Origin: an uncultured Gemmatimonadaceae bacterium
Lineage (GTDB): Bacteria; Gemmatimonadota; Gemmatimonadetes; Gemmatimonadales; Gemmatimonadaceae
Assembly (NCBI GenBank): GCA_963740355.1
Contig: CAVUDW010000002.1
Location: 2,432,001-2,496,000, forward strand
DNA: 64,000 bases
Direction: 5' to 3'
Part shown: in pieces, positions 20,588-30,256 of the stretch
Numbering within the stretch: position 1 is the stretch's first letter
Layout: each line of letters begins with the position of its first letter
Position numbers and translations under genes: made by a program
Notes under the pieces: generated by a model
Seen by the model: the letters and a program-made list of their open reading frames with translations, nothing else
Databases searched by the model: none
What the model was told of the DNA's origin: nothing

Positions 20588-21406
20588 TCAGCTGGCGCGG
20601 ACTGCCGCCCACATCGCGTCGCGATCGGCCGTGAGACCGAACCAGCGCTCGAAGGCGCGTGCCCCTTGCCCGATGAGCATGCCAAGCCCGTCGTCGGCAC
20701 GCCTCCCCTGCGCACGCGCCAACTGGACGAACGGTGTCGGCCCGGTCTTGCGGTACACGAGATCGAGACACGCGGCACCAGCGCGCAGTACTGCGGGATT
20801 GAACGGAACCTGCTCGTCGCGCATGCCGATCGGTGTCGTGTTCACGACCAGGTCGGTGCCGCGCAGCGCATCGGCCATGAATTCCTCCGGTGCGGTGTGA
20901 CCGACTGGGCCAAGTGGTACGATCGATTCCGATCGAGCGAAGGTGCGTGACCAGATCGCGACGCGACTCCCGGGCCAGGCGCTGACAGCGGCGACCACTG
21001 CTCGCGCGGATCCGCCGGCGCCCAGCACGGCGACCCGTGCGTTCGCAGGAATCTCGCCGAGCAGCGCGACAACCGCGTCATCGAATCCACCCACATCGGT
21101 GTTGTCTCCGTGCAACTCGCCGTCCACCGACCACCAGGTGTTCACCGCACCGAGGCGCGACGCAAGCGGCGTCAGCACGTCGCAGAGCTGCGCTACGCGT
21201 TCCTTGTGTGGGATCGTGACGTTGCCGGCCGCCCCATCACGCACCAGCTCGCGCAGTCGTGATTCGAGCTGCTCCGGAGCGACATCCATCGCTTCGTATG
21301 TCGCCGCGATGCCGGCAGCCTGAAGCGCCGCCGTCTGGAATACCGGTGAAAGCGAATGTGCGACCGGTTGCCCAAGCAGCACCAGCCGCCTGGGTGCGGG
21401 TCTCAA
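20588..21406 (-). CDS. aroE: Shikimate dehydrogenase
   Basis: HSLSP, NVTIPHK, AVNT, NTDVGG, GAGGSARA, DGLGMLIGQ. Confidence 0.95.
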   Translation of the reverse strand: MRPAPRRLVLLGQPVAHSLSPVFQTAALQAAGIAATYEAMDVAPEQLESRLRELVRDGAAGNVTIPHKERVAQLCDVLTPLASRLGAVNTWWSVDGELHGDNTDVGGFDDAVVALLGEIPANARVAVLGAGGSARAVVAAVSAWPGSRVAIWSRTFARSESIVPLGPVGHTAPEEFMADALRGTDLVVNTTPIGMRDEQVPFNPAVLRAGAACLDLVYRKTGPTPFVQLARAQGRRADDGLGMLIGQGARAFERWFGLTADRDAMWAAVRAS

Positions 21407-21888
21407 CGCGACGGCGACGCCTTGTCGGCCGCCAGACGGTCGAAGGCGCGGCTGATGAGTGCGTGCAACTCGTCGAAGGTGTCGCGATACACCGTGATGT
21501 CGCCGCCGATCGGATCACTCACCGGACGGGACTGCTCACCGTGCGACGCGAAGCTGCTCAGCAGGTACGACTTGCCCTGTCCGCCCAACCCTTCCACCGC
21601 CAGCAGGTGACTCGGGCTCATCGTGAGAATCACATTCGCGCCAGCGACCATCGCCGCGGTCACCTGCCGTGAGCGGTGCCGCGAGAGATCGAGGCCGTGC
21701 TCCATCGCAATCAGGAGCGATCCCTCGGATGCGCCGCTCACTGCATCGGCAGCGACACCAGCGCTGGCGACGGTAACGTCAACGAGGTGGCGGTCCGCCA
21801 CGATGGCACGAGCAATTACCTCGGCCATCGGACTGCGGCACGTATTCCCAGTGCAGACGAACAGCACGCGAAGCGGAGAATCAGGCAT
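21403..21888 (-). CDS. Low-molecular-weight protein phosphatase, YwlE-like (arginine/tyrosine)
   Basis: P-loop VCTGNTCRSPMAE; general-acid loop SDPIGG. Confidence 0.9.
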   Translation of the reverse strand: MPDSPLRVLFVCTGNTCRSPMAEVIARAIVADRHLVDVTVASAGVAADAVSGASEGSLLIAMEHGLDLSRHRSRQVTAAMVAGANVILTMSPSHLLAVEGLGGQGKSYLLSSFASHGEQSRPVSDPIGGDITVYRDTFDELHALISRAFDRLAADKASPSR

Positions 21889-22552
21889 CGCCAAGCAGGT
21901 CAGGGACAGTCTCGCGCAAGATTGCCGCGCTGATGGCGCCGGGTCGAATCACCCGCAAACGCCGTCCAGTGCAGTCTACCACCGTACTGGGCGGTGAGGG
22001 AGGCAGCGCGCCGCCATCGAGGACCATCAGCAGCCCCCGGTTGATCTCGGCGGTCCATTGCTCGACCACCTCGCCCGCCCGCATTGCCGGTGGCACGCCA
22101 GGCCGATTGGCCGATGTGGACGTGAGCGGCGACCCCAGCGCACTGATCAGCCGCTGCAAGCCGGCGTGCGGAGTCCAACGCACCGCAATACCGCCCTCGG
22201 GGCCTCGCAGACGCGCCGGAAGCTGCCCTTCGCCACCGGGCAGCACCAGCGTCAGCGGCCCGGGCCAGTGCCGCGCCGCCAGATGTGCAGCCTGCGCGGA
22301 GAGCGACAATCCCAGACGGGTGAGCATCTCGCTGTTCGACACCAGCAGCAAGAACGGCTTGGCCGGCGGTCGGCGCTTCAGTGTCACCAGCTTTTCGACC
22401 GACTCAAAGTCGACCATCGTCCCGAAGCCATACACTGTCTCGGTCGGATACGCGAGCACACCGCGATCCTGCAGGTGCATCACGATCCGCGTCAGTGATG
22501 CCTGCACTTCATCAGGCGACCAGAACGGCGTGACGACGCTGCGCCAGCTCAC
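21881..22552 (-). CDS. tsaC: L-threonylcarbamoyladenylate synthase (YrdC/Sua5 family)
   Basis: PTETVYG, KRR..KP, WPGPLT, STSAN, PSTVVD. Confidence 0.92.
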   Translation of the reverse strand: MSWRSVVTPFWSPDEVQASLTRIVMHLQDRGVLAYPTETVYGFGTMVDFESVEKLVTLKRRPPAKPFLLLVSNSEMLTRLGLSLSAQAAHLAARHWPGPLTLVLPGGEGQLPARLRGPEGGIAVRWTPHAGLQRLISALGSPLTSTSANRPGVPPAMRAGEVVEQWTAEINRGLLMVLDGGALPPSPPSTVVDCTGRRLRVIRPGAISAAILRETVPDLLGDA

Positions 22553-23373
22553 TCGGGCAGCACCGACAGCGTTTCGGCGATCGCGAAATCACCGGCGTCC
22601 GTGACCTTCATGCCTCGTTCGCTGCCGCGCACGACGACGACCGGGAAGCCATAGTGCTCGCAGAGCGCGGCGTCGTCAGTGGCTGCCAGCTTGTCGCGAC
22701 GCGCACGCGTGTGCACTTCGTCGATCATCGCCCGCGGAAAGGCCTGCGGCGTCTGGGCGCGCCAGAGGTTCGTGCGATCGACTGTTCGCACGATCCGTCC
22801 GTCGGCGTCTACTTCCTTCAGCGTATCGACGACCGGGAGCGCGGCGATCGCGCCGTGGCCGTTACGCGCTTCACGAATGACGCGGTCGATCACGGTACCG
22901 CTCGCGAGCGGACGCGCCGCATCGTGAATGACGACCGTCTCGATGTTTTCGGGCATGTCCTCGAGCCCGTTGTACACCGACTGCATGCGATCGCGGCCGC
23001 CCTGGCTGACCAGCATGCGATCGATATCGCACTGGAAGATCCATGGCGGCGGATCGGCCGCGTAGTCGCGTGGGAGCACGACGACCACCAATGCCACGTC
23101 TGGACGCAACTGGAAGGTCTGCAGGCTGTGCAGCACCATCGGCTTCCCCGCGACCCAGCGAAATTGCTTCAGTTCCGTGCCGCCGACACGTGTACCGCTG
23201 CCGCCTGCGACGATCACGACCCCGACGTTTGGAGTCGCGGCCGCGGCGACCTCTCGCAGTTCGGCTGGACGCGCGTCCCGGTCGAGATTGGCTGCGGCTC
23301 GCGCGCCAACTTCGATGCCGTCGTGCATCTCCGTCGGGAGATCCTCGTATTTCGGTGCGTTCGGATCGGTCAT
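22549..23373 (-). CDS. ispD: 2-C-methyl-D-erythritol 4-phosphate cytidylyltransferase
   Basis: AGGSGTR..KQF, IHDAARP, AQTPQAF, TDDA, KVT. Confidence 0.95.
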   Translation of the reverse strand: MTDPNAPKYEDLPTEMHDGIEVGARAAANLDRDARPAELREVAAAATPNVGVVIVAGGSGTRVGGTELKQFRWVAGKPMVLHSLQTFQLRPDVALVVVVLPRDYAADPPPWIFQCDIDRMLVSQGGRDRMQSVYNGLEDMPENIETVVIHDAARPLASGTVIDRVIREARNGHGAIAALPVVDTLKEVDADGRIVRTVDRTNLWRAQTPQAFPRAMIDEVHTRARRDKLAATDDAALCEHYGFPVVVVRGSERGMKVTDAGDFAIAETLSVLPE

Positions 23374-24752
23374 GTGAAGATGGTGTCGAGCAGGTCACGC
23401 ACATTGGCCACGCCAATGACTTTCAGCCCGTTCGGTGCCTTGACTCGCGCCGTCGTCTTCGAGACATAGGCCCTCGTCAGGCCGAGACGCGCCGCTTCGG
23501 CGAGGCGACGTTCGAGCTGGGAAACGGCGCGAATTTCGCCGCCGAGGCCGATCTCGCCAAGGAACAACGCATCACCGGGCAGCGAACGATCGTACACTGA
23601 CGAGGCCAGCGCCGCCGCCACTGCCGCATCACCGGACGGCTCAGTCAGCCGCATCCCGCCGACGACGTTGACGAATGCATCGAGTTGCGCGAAGCCGAGG
23701 CCGGCGCGCTTCTCGAGCACGGCAAGCAGCAGCGCCAGTCGGCGCGGATCGTATCCAGTGGTCACTCGCTGCGGCGTTCCGAAGCCGGCCTTCGCGGCCA
23801 GCCCCTGGATTTCGACGAGGAGCGGACGCGTGCCTTCGAGCGGGGCAGTGAGTGCACTGCCACTGGCGGTCTGCGTACGGTCGCCCATGAAGAGCGCTGA
23901 GGGATTCGCGACCGGCTGCAGTCCTGCTGCATCCATCCGGAATACCCCAATCTCATCGACGCTGCCGAATCGATTCTTGGTCGCTCGCAGCAACCGATAG
24001 TCTGCGCCCGACTCGCCCTCGAAGTACAGCACCGTGTCGACGATGTGTTCGAGCGTCTTCGGGCCAGCGATGCCACCACCCTTCGTCACATGCCCAACGA
24101 CGAAGATCGCGGTGCCAAGCTCCTTTGCGGCACGCATCAGTCGTGCGGCGCACTCACGCACCTGCCCCACGTTGCCGGGTGCACCCTCGAGTTCCTCGGT
24201 GTGCACGGTCTGGATCGAGTCGATGACCGCGATCATCGGGCGCGTGGCCTCGAGATGCGCGAGAATCGTCTCCAGGTGTGTTTCAGGCAGGAACTCGACG
24301 TCCCCTGCGCCGTCGCCGAGTCGGTCGGCGCGCAGCTTCACCTGCAACGGGCTCTCCTCGCCGCTCACGTAGAGCGCAGCATGCCCCATGCCCTGCAGCC
24401 GTGCCACGACCTGCAGCAGGAGCGTCGACTTGCCGATACCGGGCTCACCGCCGACCAGCACCATGCTGCCGGGCACGATGCCACCGCCAAGCACGAAGTC
24501 GAACTCGGCGAGGCCTGTCTTGAGCCGCGTTGACTCGGTGCCGCTGACGGCGCTCAACTTCGCAGCGCGCGTGGACACCATGCCGCGTCGTGTGGTGGTG
24601 GCCGGCCTGCCGATGATCTTCGACGGCGCCTTCTCGACGATCTCCTCGACCAGCGTCGACCACTCGCCGCACGTTTCGCACCGACCACCCCACTTCGGAT
24701 GTTCGGCACCGCAATTCGTGCAGCGGTAGGCAGTCTTCGTCTTGGCGCTCAC
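23370..24752 (-). CDS. radA: DNA repair protein RadA/Sms
   Basis: C4 zinc finger, GEPGIGKST, KNRFG motif. Confidence 0.98.
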   Translation of the reverse strand: MSAKTKTAYRCTNCGAEHPKWGGRCETCGEWSTLVEEIVEKAPSKIIGRPATTTRRGMVSTRAAKLSAVSGTESTRLKTGLAEFDFVLGGGIVPGSMVLVGGEPGIGKSTLLLQVVARLQGMGHAALYVSGEESPLQVKLRADRLGDGAGDVEFLPETHLETILAHLEATRPMIAVIDSIQTVHTEELEGAPGNVGQVRECAARLMRAAKELGTAIFVVGHVTKGGGIAGPKTLEHIVDTVLYFEGESGADYRLLRATKNRFGSVDEIGVFRMDAAGLQPVANPSALFMGDRTQTASGSALTAPLEGTRPLLVEIQGLAAKAGFGTPQRVTTGYDPRRLALLLAVLEKRAGLGFAQLDAFVNVVGGMRLTEPSGDAAVAAALASSVYDRSLPGDALFLGEIGLGGEIRAVSQLERRLAEAARLGLTRAYVSKTTARVKAPNGLKVIGVANVRDLLDTIFT

Positions 24753-26158
24753 TCGCCCTGCGTGCGCTTGGAGAAGTTCTCGAACCGCGTGTACTGCTTG
24801 TGGAAGTACAGCGGTACCGTCCCGATCGGGCCGTTGCGCTGCTTGCCGATGATGATCTCCGCCTTGCCGTCGAGTTCCGCGTTTTTCAGCCGTCCCGACT
24901 CGTCCCGCTCCGCGTAGATCTCCTGGCGGAAGATGAAGAGAATCAGGTCGGCATCCTGCTCGATGGCGCCCGACTCGCGAAGGTCGCTGAGCTGCGGTCG
25001 TCCCTTCTCGTCGCCGGCACGCTGCTCCGGGGCACGGGAGAGCTGCGACAATGCCACCACGGGCACCTTCAGTTCCTTCGCCAGCGCCTTCAGGCCACGA
25101 CTGATCTGGCTCACCTCCTGCTGCCGATTTTCGGCATTCGGGCCGGTCATCAGCTGCAGGTAGTCGACGATGATCAGGCCGAGCTTCGAGTCTGGATCGG
25201 CTTTCAGGCGACGCGCCTTGGCGCGCATGTCGAGCACCGTCATGCCCGGTGCGTCATCGATGTAGATCGGGGCCTGCGACAGGATCCCGACGGCACGCGC
25301 GAGGCGTGGCCAGTCATCATCACGCAGCCGTCCGGTGCGCATCGCCTGCGCGTCGAGTCGGGCTTCGCTGGTGATCATGCGCTGCACCAGCGATTCCTTG
25401 CTCATTTCGAGCGAGAAAAACGCCACACCGACGCCTTCGGTGATCGCGACATGCTGCGCGATGTTGAGCGTGAGCGCCGTCTTGCCCATCGACGGGCGCG
25501 CGGCCACGATGATCAGGTCCGACGGCTGGAATCCTGACGTCATCTGGTCGAGGTCGGAGAAGCCGCTCGCCACACCCGTGACCGACCGTCCTTCCTTGGC
25601 GATGCTTTCGATGCGTTCCATCGCCGGGTACATCAACGTCTTGATGCGGGTGAATCCTTCACCGCCCTTGTCCTGCCCGACCTGCAGGATGCGCTGCTCG
25701 GCAAAGTCGAGCAGGTCGCGCGCAGGTTGCCGGGCCTCGAAGGCTTCGCCGGCGATCTGCGTCGAGACCTCGATCAGGCGGCGCAGCAGCGCCTTCTCCT
25801 TCACGATGCGCGCGTGATGCTCGATGTTGGCCGCCGTCGGCACCGCATCGGCGAGGAAGCTCAGGTACTCACGCCCGCCGGCAGCGTCCATCTCGCCGCG
25901 CCGCTCGAGCTCATCCGCGAGCGTCACCACGTCGATGCCGCTGCCCTTCTCCATCAACGCGATGATTGCGCGATAGATGCGGCGATGTCCCTCGCGGAAG
26001 AACATCGTGTCATCGACGATTTCGGTCGCACGCGTGATCGCCTCGGCGTCGATCAGCATCGCGGCGAGGACGGACTGCTCCGCATCCTCCGATTGTGGAG
26101 GGCGGCGGTCGCGGTACGGATCAGGCCCGGATGGTCGCGTCGAGAATTCGTCGGGCAA
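24749..26158 (-). CDS. dnaB: Replicative DNA helicase
   Basis: PPQSEDAEQSVL, AARPSMGKT, DYLQL, DLRESGAIEQDAD, KQRNGP; TTG start inferred; no intein. Confidence 0.96.
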   Translation of the reverse strand: MPDEFSTRPSGPDPYRDRRPPQSEDAEQSVLAAMLIDAEAITRATEIVDDTMFFREGHRRIYRAIIALMEKGSGIDVVTLADELERRGEMDAAGGREYLSFLADAVPTAANIEHHARIVKEKALLRRLIEVSTQIAGEAFEARQPARDLLDFAEQRILQVGQDKGGEGFTRIKTLMYPAMERIESIAKEGRSVTGVASGFSDLDQMTSGFQPSDLIIVAARPSMGKTALTLNIAQHVAITEGVGVAFFSLEMSKESLVQRMITSEARLDAQAMRTGRLRDDDWPRLARAVGILSQAPIYIDDAPGMTVLDMRAKARRLKADPDSKLGLIIVDYLQLMTGPNAENRQQEVSQISRGLKALAKELKVPVVALSQLSRAPEQRAGDEKGRPQLSDLRESGAIEQDADLILFIFRQEIYAERDESGRLKNAELDGKAEIIIGKQRNGPIGTVPLYFHKQYTRFENFSKRTQGE

Positions 26159-27206
26159 GTTTGATGTCTTCCCACGTAGGACGCTTCCAGGCTTCGTTGC
26201 GCAGGAGAGCGGCCGGGTGATAGGTGGCGACGAGCGGGATGCCCTGGTACCAGTGCAGCTGCTGTCGCAGCTTGCCGATAGCAAGCTTAGTCCCGAGCAA
26301 CGACTGCGCGGCGTACGTCCCGAGTGCAATGATGATCTTGGGCTGCACCAGGTCCACCTGGCGCTGCAGGAACGGTGCGCACGCGCGGACCTCATCCGGC
26401 ATCGGGTTGCGATTCCCCGGCGGACGATGCTTCAGCACATTGCAGATATACACCGATTGACGGTCGAGTTGGATCGCACCGAGAATCTTCGTCAGCAGCT
26501 CACCGGCGGGGCCGACGAATGGCTCGCCGGTGAGATCCTCCTTTTCACCCGGCGCCTCGCCAACGACCATCACGTCGGCGATCGGGTTTCCAACGCCTGG
26601 CACCGGTCGCGTTGCCGTGGCTGCCAGTCCGCATGCCTTGCAGGCCGCGATGGCCGCCGTGACCTGACCGAGCGAGTGCCACTCAGTTCCTGCCGCCGCG
26701 CCGAGCAATGCGGGACGTTCAGCGCGCAGGCCGAGCGGAAACACCACACCTTCGACGCGCAGCGTGCCGACTTTTCGCTCGACGGCAGGTTCGGAAACTG
26801 ACGATTCCTGCGGTGGTGGCGTCGGCGCCGCCGCCGGCCGCCCTGTCGACGCACCAGCAAGAGTCTTCATCATCTCGCGCCAGTCAGCACCGGGCTCCGA
26901 CTCGACGATCGGCACATCCGCTTCCCGCGACCTGTCGATGCGCGCGGGCGCCGGCTGCGAGGCAGACGTATCGCTCTGTGATGAAGCGCGCGGCGACGGC
27001 GCGTCGTGCGGCGTTGGTTGCTGCTGCTGCGGCGGCGGCGACGAGACACCGGTCGCCGGAGGCGTCGACGCAGCGGCGCCGCCGCCCTGCAGGGCACCCA
27101 GCATACGCATGACGTCATCGACATCGAGCGCGTCGAGTACCATCTCCGACTCGCCCAGCTCGCGACGTTGTTCGAGGTACGCGCGGAGGCGCTCCTTCGC
27201 ATTCAT
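26121..27206 (-). CDS. Family 4 uracil-DNA glycosylase with long N-terminal extension
   Basis: CKAC, GEAPG..ED..GEPFVGPAG, NVLKHRPPGNRNP, YHPAALLR. Confidence 0.92.
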   Translation of the reverse strand: MNAKERLRAYLEQRRELGESEMVLDALDVDDVMRMLGALQGGGAAASTPPATGVSSPPPQQQQPTPHDAPSPRASSQSDTSASQPAPARIDRSREADVPIVESEPGADWREMMKTLAGASTGRPAAAPTPPPQESSVSEPAVERKVGTLRVEGVVFPLGLRAERPALLGAAAGTEWHSLGQVTAAIAACKACGLAATATRPVPGVGNPIADVMVVGEAPGEKEDLTGEPFVGPAGELLTKILGAIQLDRQSVYICNVLKHRPPGNRNPMPDEVRACAPFLQRQVDLVQPKIIIALGTYAAQSLLGTKLAIGKLRQQLHWYQGIPLVATYHPAALLRNEAWKRPTWEDIKLARRILDATIRA

Positions 27207-28411
27207 CGACGCTGCTCCAATGTCCGCGCGATCCGGTCGAGCAAGACATCAGCCAGGTCGGACTTCTGCATCATCGGCGGCGTCTCGCGGCTGCCATCGG
27301 CACCCAGGATCACCACCCGATTGGTATCGGTGCCAAATCCCGCGCCCGCTTCGGTGGCGTCGTTCGCCACGATGAAGTCGAGACCCTTGCGAAGGAGTTT
27401 TGCCTGGGCGTTGTCCTCGACGTTCGTCGTCTCGAGCGCGAAGCCCATCACGACCACGCCAGCCGCCCGGAACTGGCGTGTGCTGGCAAGGATGTCGTCG
27501 GTATGCTCGAGCGCGATGGTTGGTGCCGCATCTCCCTTCTTGATCTTCTGTCCAGCCACCGTCGCGGCGCGGAAGTCCGCCGGGGCCGCCGCCATGATGA
27601 GGGCGTCGGCACCTGGCAATGCTGCGGCCACCGCGTCGCGCATATCGGCCGTGGAGGTCACCGCGATGTGGTCGCCGCCAGGTGGCAGCGGCACTTCGAG
27701 CGGACCGTGCACCAGTGTGACGTGTGCGCCACGACGCCACGCCGCCGCAGCAATTGCCACACCCATGCGTCCGCTGCTGTGGTTTGTGATGTAGCGAACT
27801 GGATCGAGAGCCTCGTGCGTTGGCCCGGCCGTGACCACGATGCGCTTCCCTGCCAGCCCGTGCGCAGTTTCGAGCAATCGACCGCAGTGCGCGAGGATTG
27901 TCTCGGGCTCCGGCAGTCGCCCAGGTCCCACGCCCTCACCGAACGCGAGGGGTCCGACAGCCGGATCGAGAATGTGGTATCCAATCTCACCAAGTGTCGC
28001 GACGTTCCGGCGCACGAGCTCGTGTGACCACATCCCGTCGTTCATTGCCGGCGCGATGAGGACCGGTGCTCGCGTAGCCAGAAGCACGGCGGTCATCTGA
28101 TCATCGGCACGTCCCTGCGCCGCGCGCGCCAGCAGATCGGCTGTGGCTGGTGCGATCACGACCAGGTCTGCCTGCTTCGCAAGGCGGATGTGCGCGAGCG
28201 CATGTCCCGCGTCGAGGACGTCGGGGGCGACAGGCCGGCCCGTGACCGCCTCGAAGGTGATCGGGCCGATGAACTCGCGGGCAGCGCGCGACATGATCAC
28301 GTCAACGACTGCGCCCGCCTGAGAGAGCAGGCGGGCGAGCGTGACAGCCTTGTAGCAGGCGATTCCGCCCGTCACCCCGAGGATGACACGGCGGCCGTCG
28401 AAGGGGCGCAT
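27203..28411 (-). CDS. coaBC: Bifunctional PPC decarboxylase/PPC synthetase
   Basis: TGGIACYK, APATA, PAMN, TAGPT..DPVRYITNHSSGRMG, GFALET. Confidence 0.97.
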   Translation of the reverse strand: MRPFDGRRVILGVTGGIACYKAVTLARLLSQAGAVVDVIMSRAAREFIGPITFEAVTGRPVAPDVLDAGHALAHIRLAKQADLVVIAPATADLLARAAQGRADDQMTAVLLATRAPVLIAPAMNDGMWSHELVRRNVATLGEIGYHILDPAVGPLAFGEGVGPGRLPEPETILAHCGRLLETAHGLAGKRIVVTAGPTHEALDPVRYITNHSSGRMGVAIAAAAWRRGAHVTLVHGPLEVPLPPGGDHIAVTSTADMRDAVAAALPGADALIMAAAPADFRAATVAGQKIKKGDAAPTIALEHTDDILASTRQFRAAGVVVMGFALETTNVEDNAQAKLLRKGLDFIVANDATEAGAGFGTDTNRVVILGADGSRETPPMMQKSDLADVLLDRIARTLEQRR

Positions 28412-28430
28412 CGGGCTCGCCCCCAATCGG

Positions 28431-28646
28431 TCAGTCGGGGCGACGGCGCGGCATCACGCGATAGTCGAAGTCCTTGCCATGCAGGTCTTCGAGCGCGCGC
28501 GTGGTGAGCTTCTTCTCCTTGCCGGTGCTTCCCATCTTCGGGAATTCGTTCAGCACGCGCGCGTACTTGGCCGCCACGAGGACGCCCAGGTACTTGTTCT
28601 GCGACTGCTGCTGTTCGGTGATATCGCCGGGTGTGAAGACTCGCAT
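28431..28646 (-). CDS. rpoZ: RNA polymerase omega subunit
   Basis: NKYLGVLVAAKYAR, K..TRALE; gmk-rpoZ-coaBC synteny. Confidence 0.85.
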   Translation of the reverse strand: MRVFTPGDITEQQQSQNKYLGVLVAAKYARVLNEFPKMGSTGKEKKLTTRALEDLHGKDFDYRVMPRRRPD

Positions 28647-28718
28647 TCGTTTCCATCTCCTCGGCGCATGTGCGCCGTTGGGTGACCAGCCTGCGGAATG
28701 ACGTGGGCCATTCCGGTG

Positions 28719-29354
28719 CTACCGGATCGCGTCGCGCAGCTCGTTGGCGAGTGCCGTCACGCGTTCCTTCAGATCCGTCAACCGCGTGCGACGCAACGCC
28801 TCCGCATCGATGATGCTCAGCACCTGCGCGACCGCGTGTTCCAACTCGTCGTTCACGACCACGTACTCGAACTGATCTATCGTAGCCAGCTCCGTCAGCG
28901 CGCTGTCAACGCGGGTGGTCAGCGTGGCGCGATCCTCCGAACCACGTCCAGACAGACGGGACAGCAACTCCACCGCCGAGGGCGGCAACAAAAAGATCAA
29001 AACGGCCTCGGGAAAGGCCTCGACGAACTGCACAGCACCCTGCACATCGATCGTCATGATCGGATTCCGACCGGCGGTCATCAGCCGGTCGATCTCGCTG
29101 CGCAACGTGCCGTACCGCTTGCCGTGGACCAGTGCGTGCTCGGCAAAATGCCCCTGCGCCACCCTGGCCTCGAACTCATCCCCAGCCAAGAAAAAGTAAT
29201 CGACACCGTCCCGCTCCGCAGGTCGTGGCGGTCGAGTGGTGCAGGTCACACTGAAACCGAGGTCCCTCCGGACCTCCAGCAGCCGCTTCGCAATGGTCGT
29301 CTTCCCCGTTCCCGATGGGGCTGCCAGAATGACCGGGAAGGCCGGTGTCGTCAT
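28719..29354 (-). CDS. gmk: Guanylate kinase
   Basis: APSGTGKTT, TTRPPR..E.DGVDYFF, IDVQGA. Confidence 0.97.
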   Translation of the reverse strand: MTTPAFPVILAAPSGTGKTTIAKRLLEVRRDLGFSVTCTTRPPRPAERDGVDYFFLAGDEFEARVAQGHFAEHALVHGKRYGTLRSEIDRLMTAGRNPIMTIDVQGAVQFVEAFPEAVLIFLLPPSAVELLSRLSGRGSEDRATLTTRVDSALTELATIDQFEYVVVNDELEHAVAQVLSIIDAEALRRTRLTDLKERVTALANELRDAIR

Positions 29355-30256
29355 TCGAGGTTCTCGACTTGCTCGCGCATCCGCTCCAGTTCTTCCTTAA
29401 TGAGAACAACTTCTCGCTGCATGGCGGCATCGTTCGCCTTGCTTCCGGTCGTGTTCGCCTCGCGGACCATCTCCTGCAGGATGAAGCCGAGCCGTTTGCC
29501 CACCGCTTCCGTGCCGGGCGCCGCAATGGCAGCGCGACAAGCGGTGTTGTGCGAGGCGAACCGACTCAGTTCCTCGGCCACATCGACGCGGTCGGCCAGA
29601 ATCGCGATCTCCTGCGCCAGGCGCTGCGGATCCACGGCGACGCCGGCGGCCAGCTCCTGGACGGCCGCAGCGAGCCGATCACGTTGCTCGACGAGGCGCT
29701 GTGGGGCTCGTGCCGCGAGGTTGGCGAGGGCACCTTCGATGATCACCAGCCGATCGAGCAGGTACTGCGCGAGACGGGCGCCTTCGGCCTCACGCATGCG
29801 AACGAAGGCGTCGATCGCAGCACTCGCGAGGGCGAGGATCGCCGCCTGGTCGAGGGACCCGATCGACTCGTCATCATCGATCGAGCTGGTGACGACATCG
29901 GGCAGCCGCAGCAGGGAGGCAACGTCGATGCGCGTGTCGATCCCGGCATCCTCGGGGATCGCACGCAGTTGCTGCGCATACGCGACGAGGCGCGCGACGT
30001 CGATGCGCGGCCCCTCGTTGTTCTCGCGTTCGATGCGCAAGGAAAACGTGACGTGGCCGCGGGTGACACTCTTGCGCAGCAGCTCACGGATTTCCGTTTC
30101 CATCCGGGTCAATGCCGGCGGCAACTTGACGGACGGCGTGAAGAACCGATGATTGACGCTGCGCACCTCCACGGACAGGCGGTGAGAGCCGATCATCGCG
30201 TCGGCATTTCCGTACCCTGTCATGCTTTGGAGTGTGCCGATCATGTGCGACGCCAT
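29351..30256 (-). CDS. yicC: YicC/YloC family endoribonuclease
   Basis: SMTGYG, RSVNHR, EELSRFASH, GKRLGFILQEMVREANTTGSK, REQVENLE. Confidence 0.95.
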   Translation of the reverse strand: MASHMIGTLQSMTGYGNADAMIGSHRLSVEVRSVNHRFFTPSVKLPPALTRMETEIRELLRKSVTRGHVTFSLRIERENNEGPRIDVARLVAYAQQLRAIPEDAGIDTRIDVASLLRLPDVVTSSIDDDESIGSLDQAAILALASAAIDAFVRMREAEGARLAQYLLDRLVIIEGALANLAARAPQRLVEQRDRLAAAVQELAAGVAVDPQRLAQEIAILADRVDVAEELSRFASHNTACRAAIAAPGTEAVGKRLGFILQEMVREANTTGSKANDAAMQREVVLIKEELERMREQVENLE

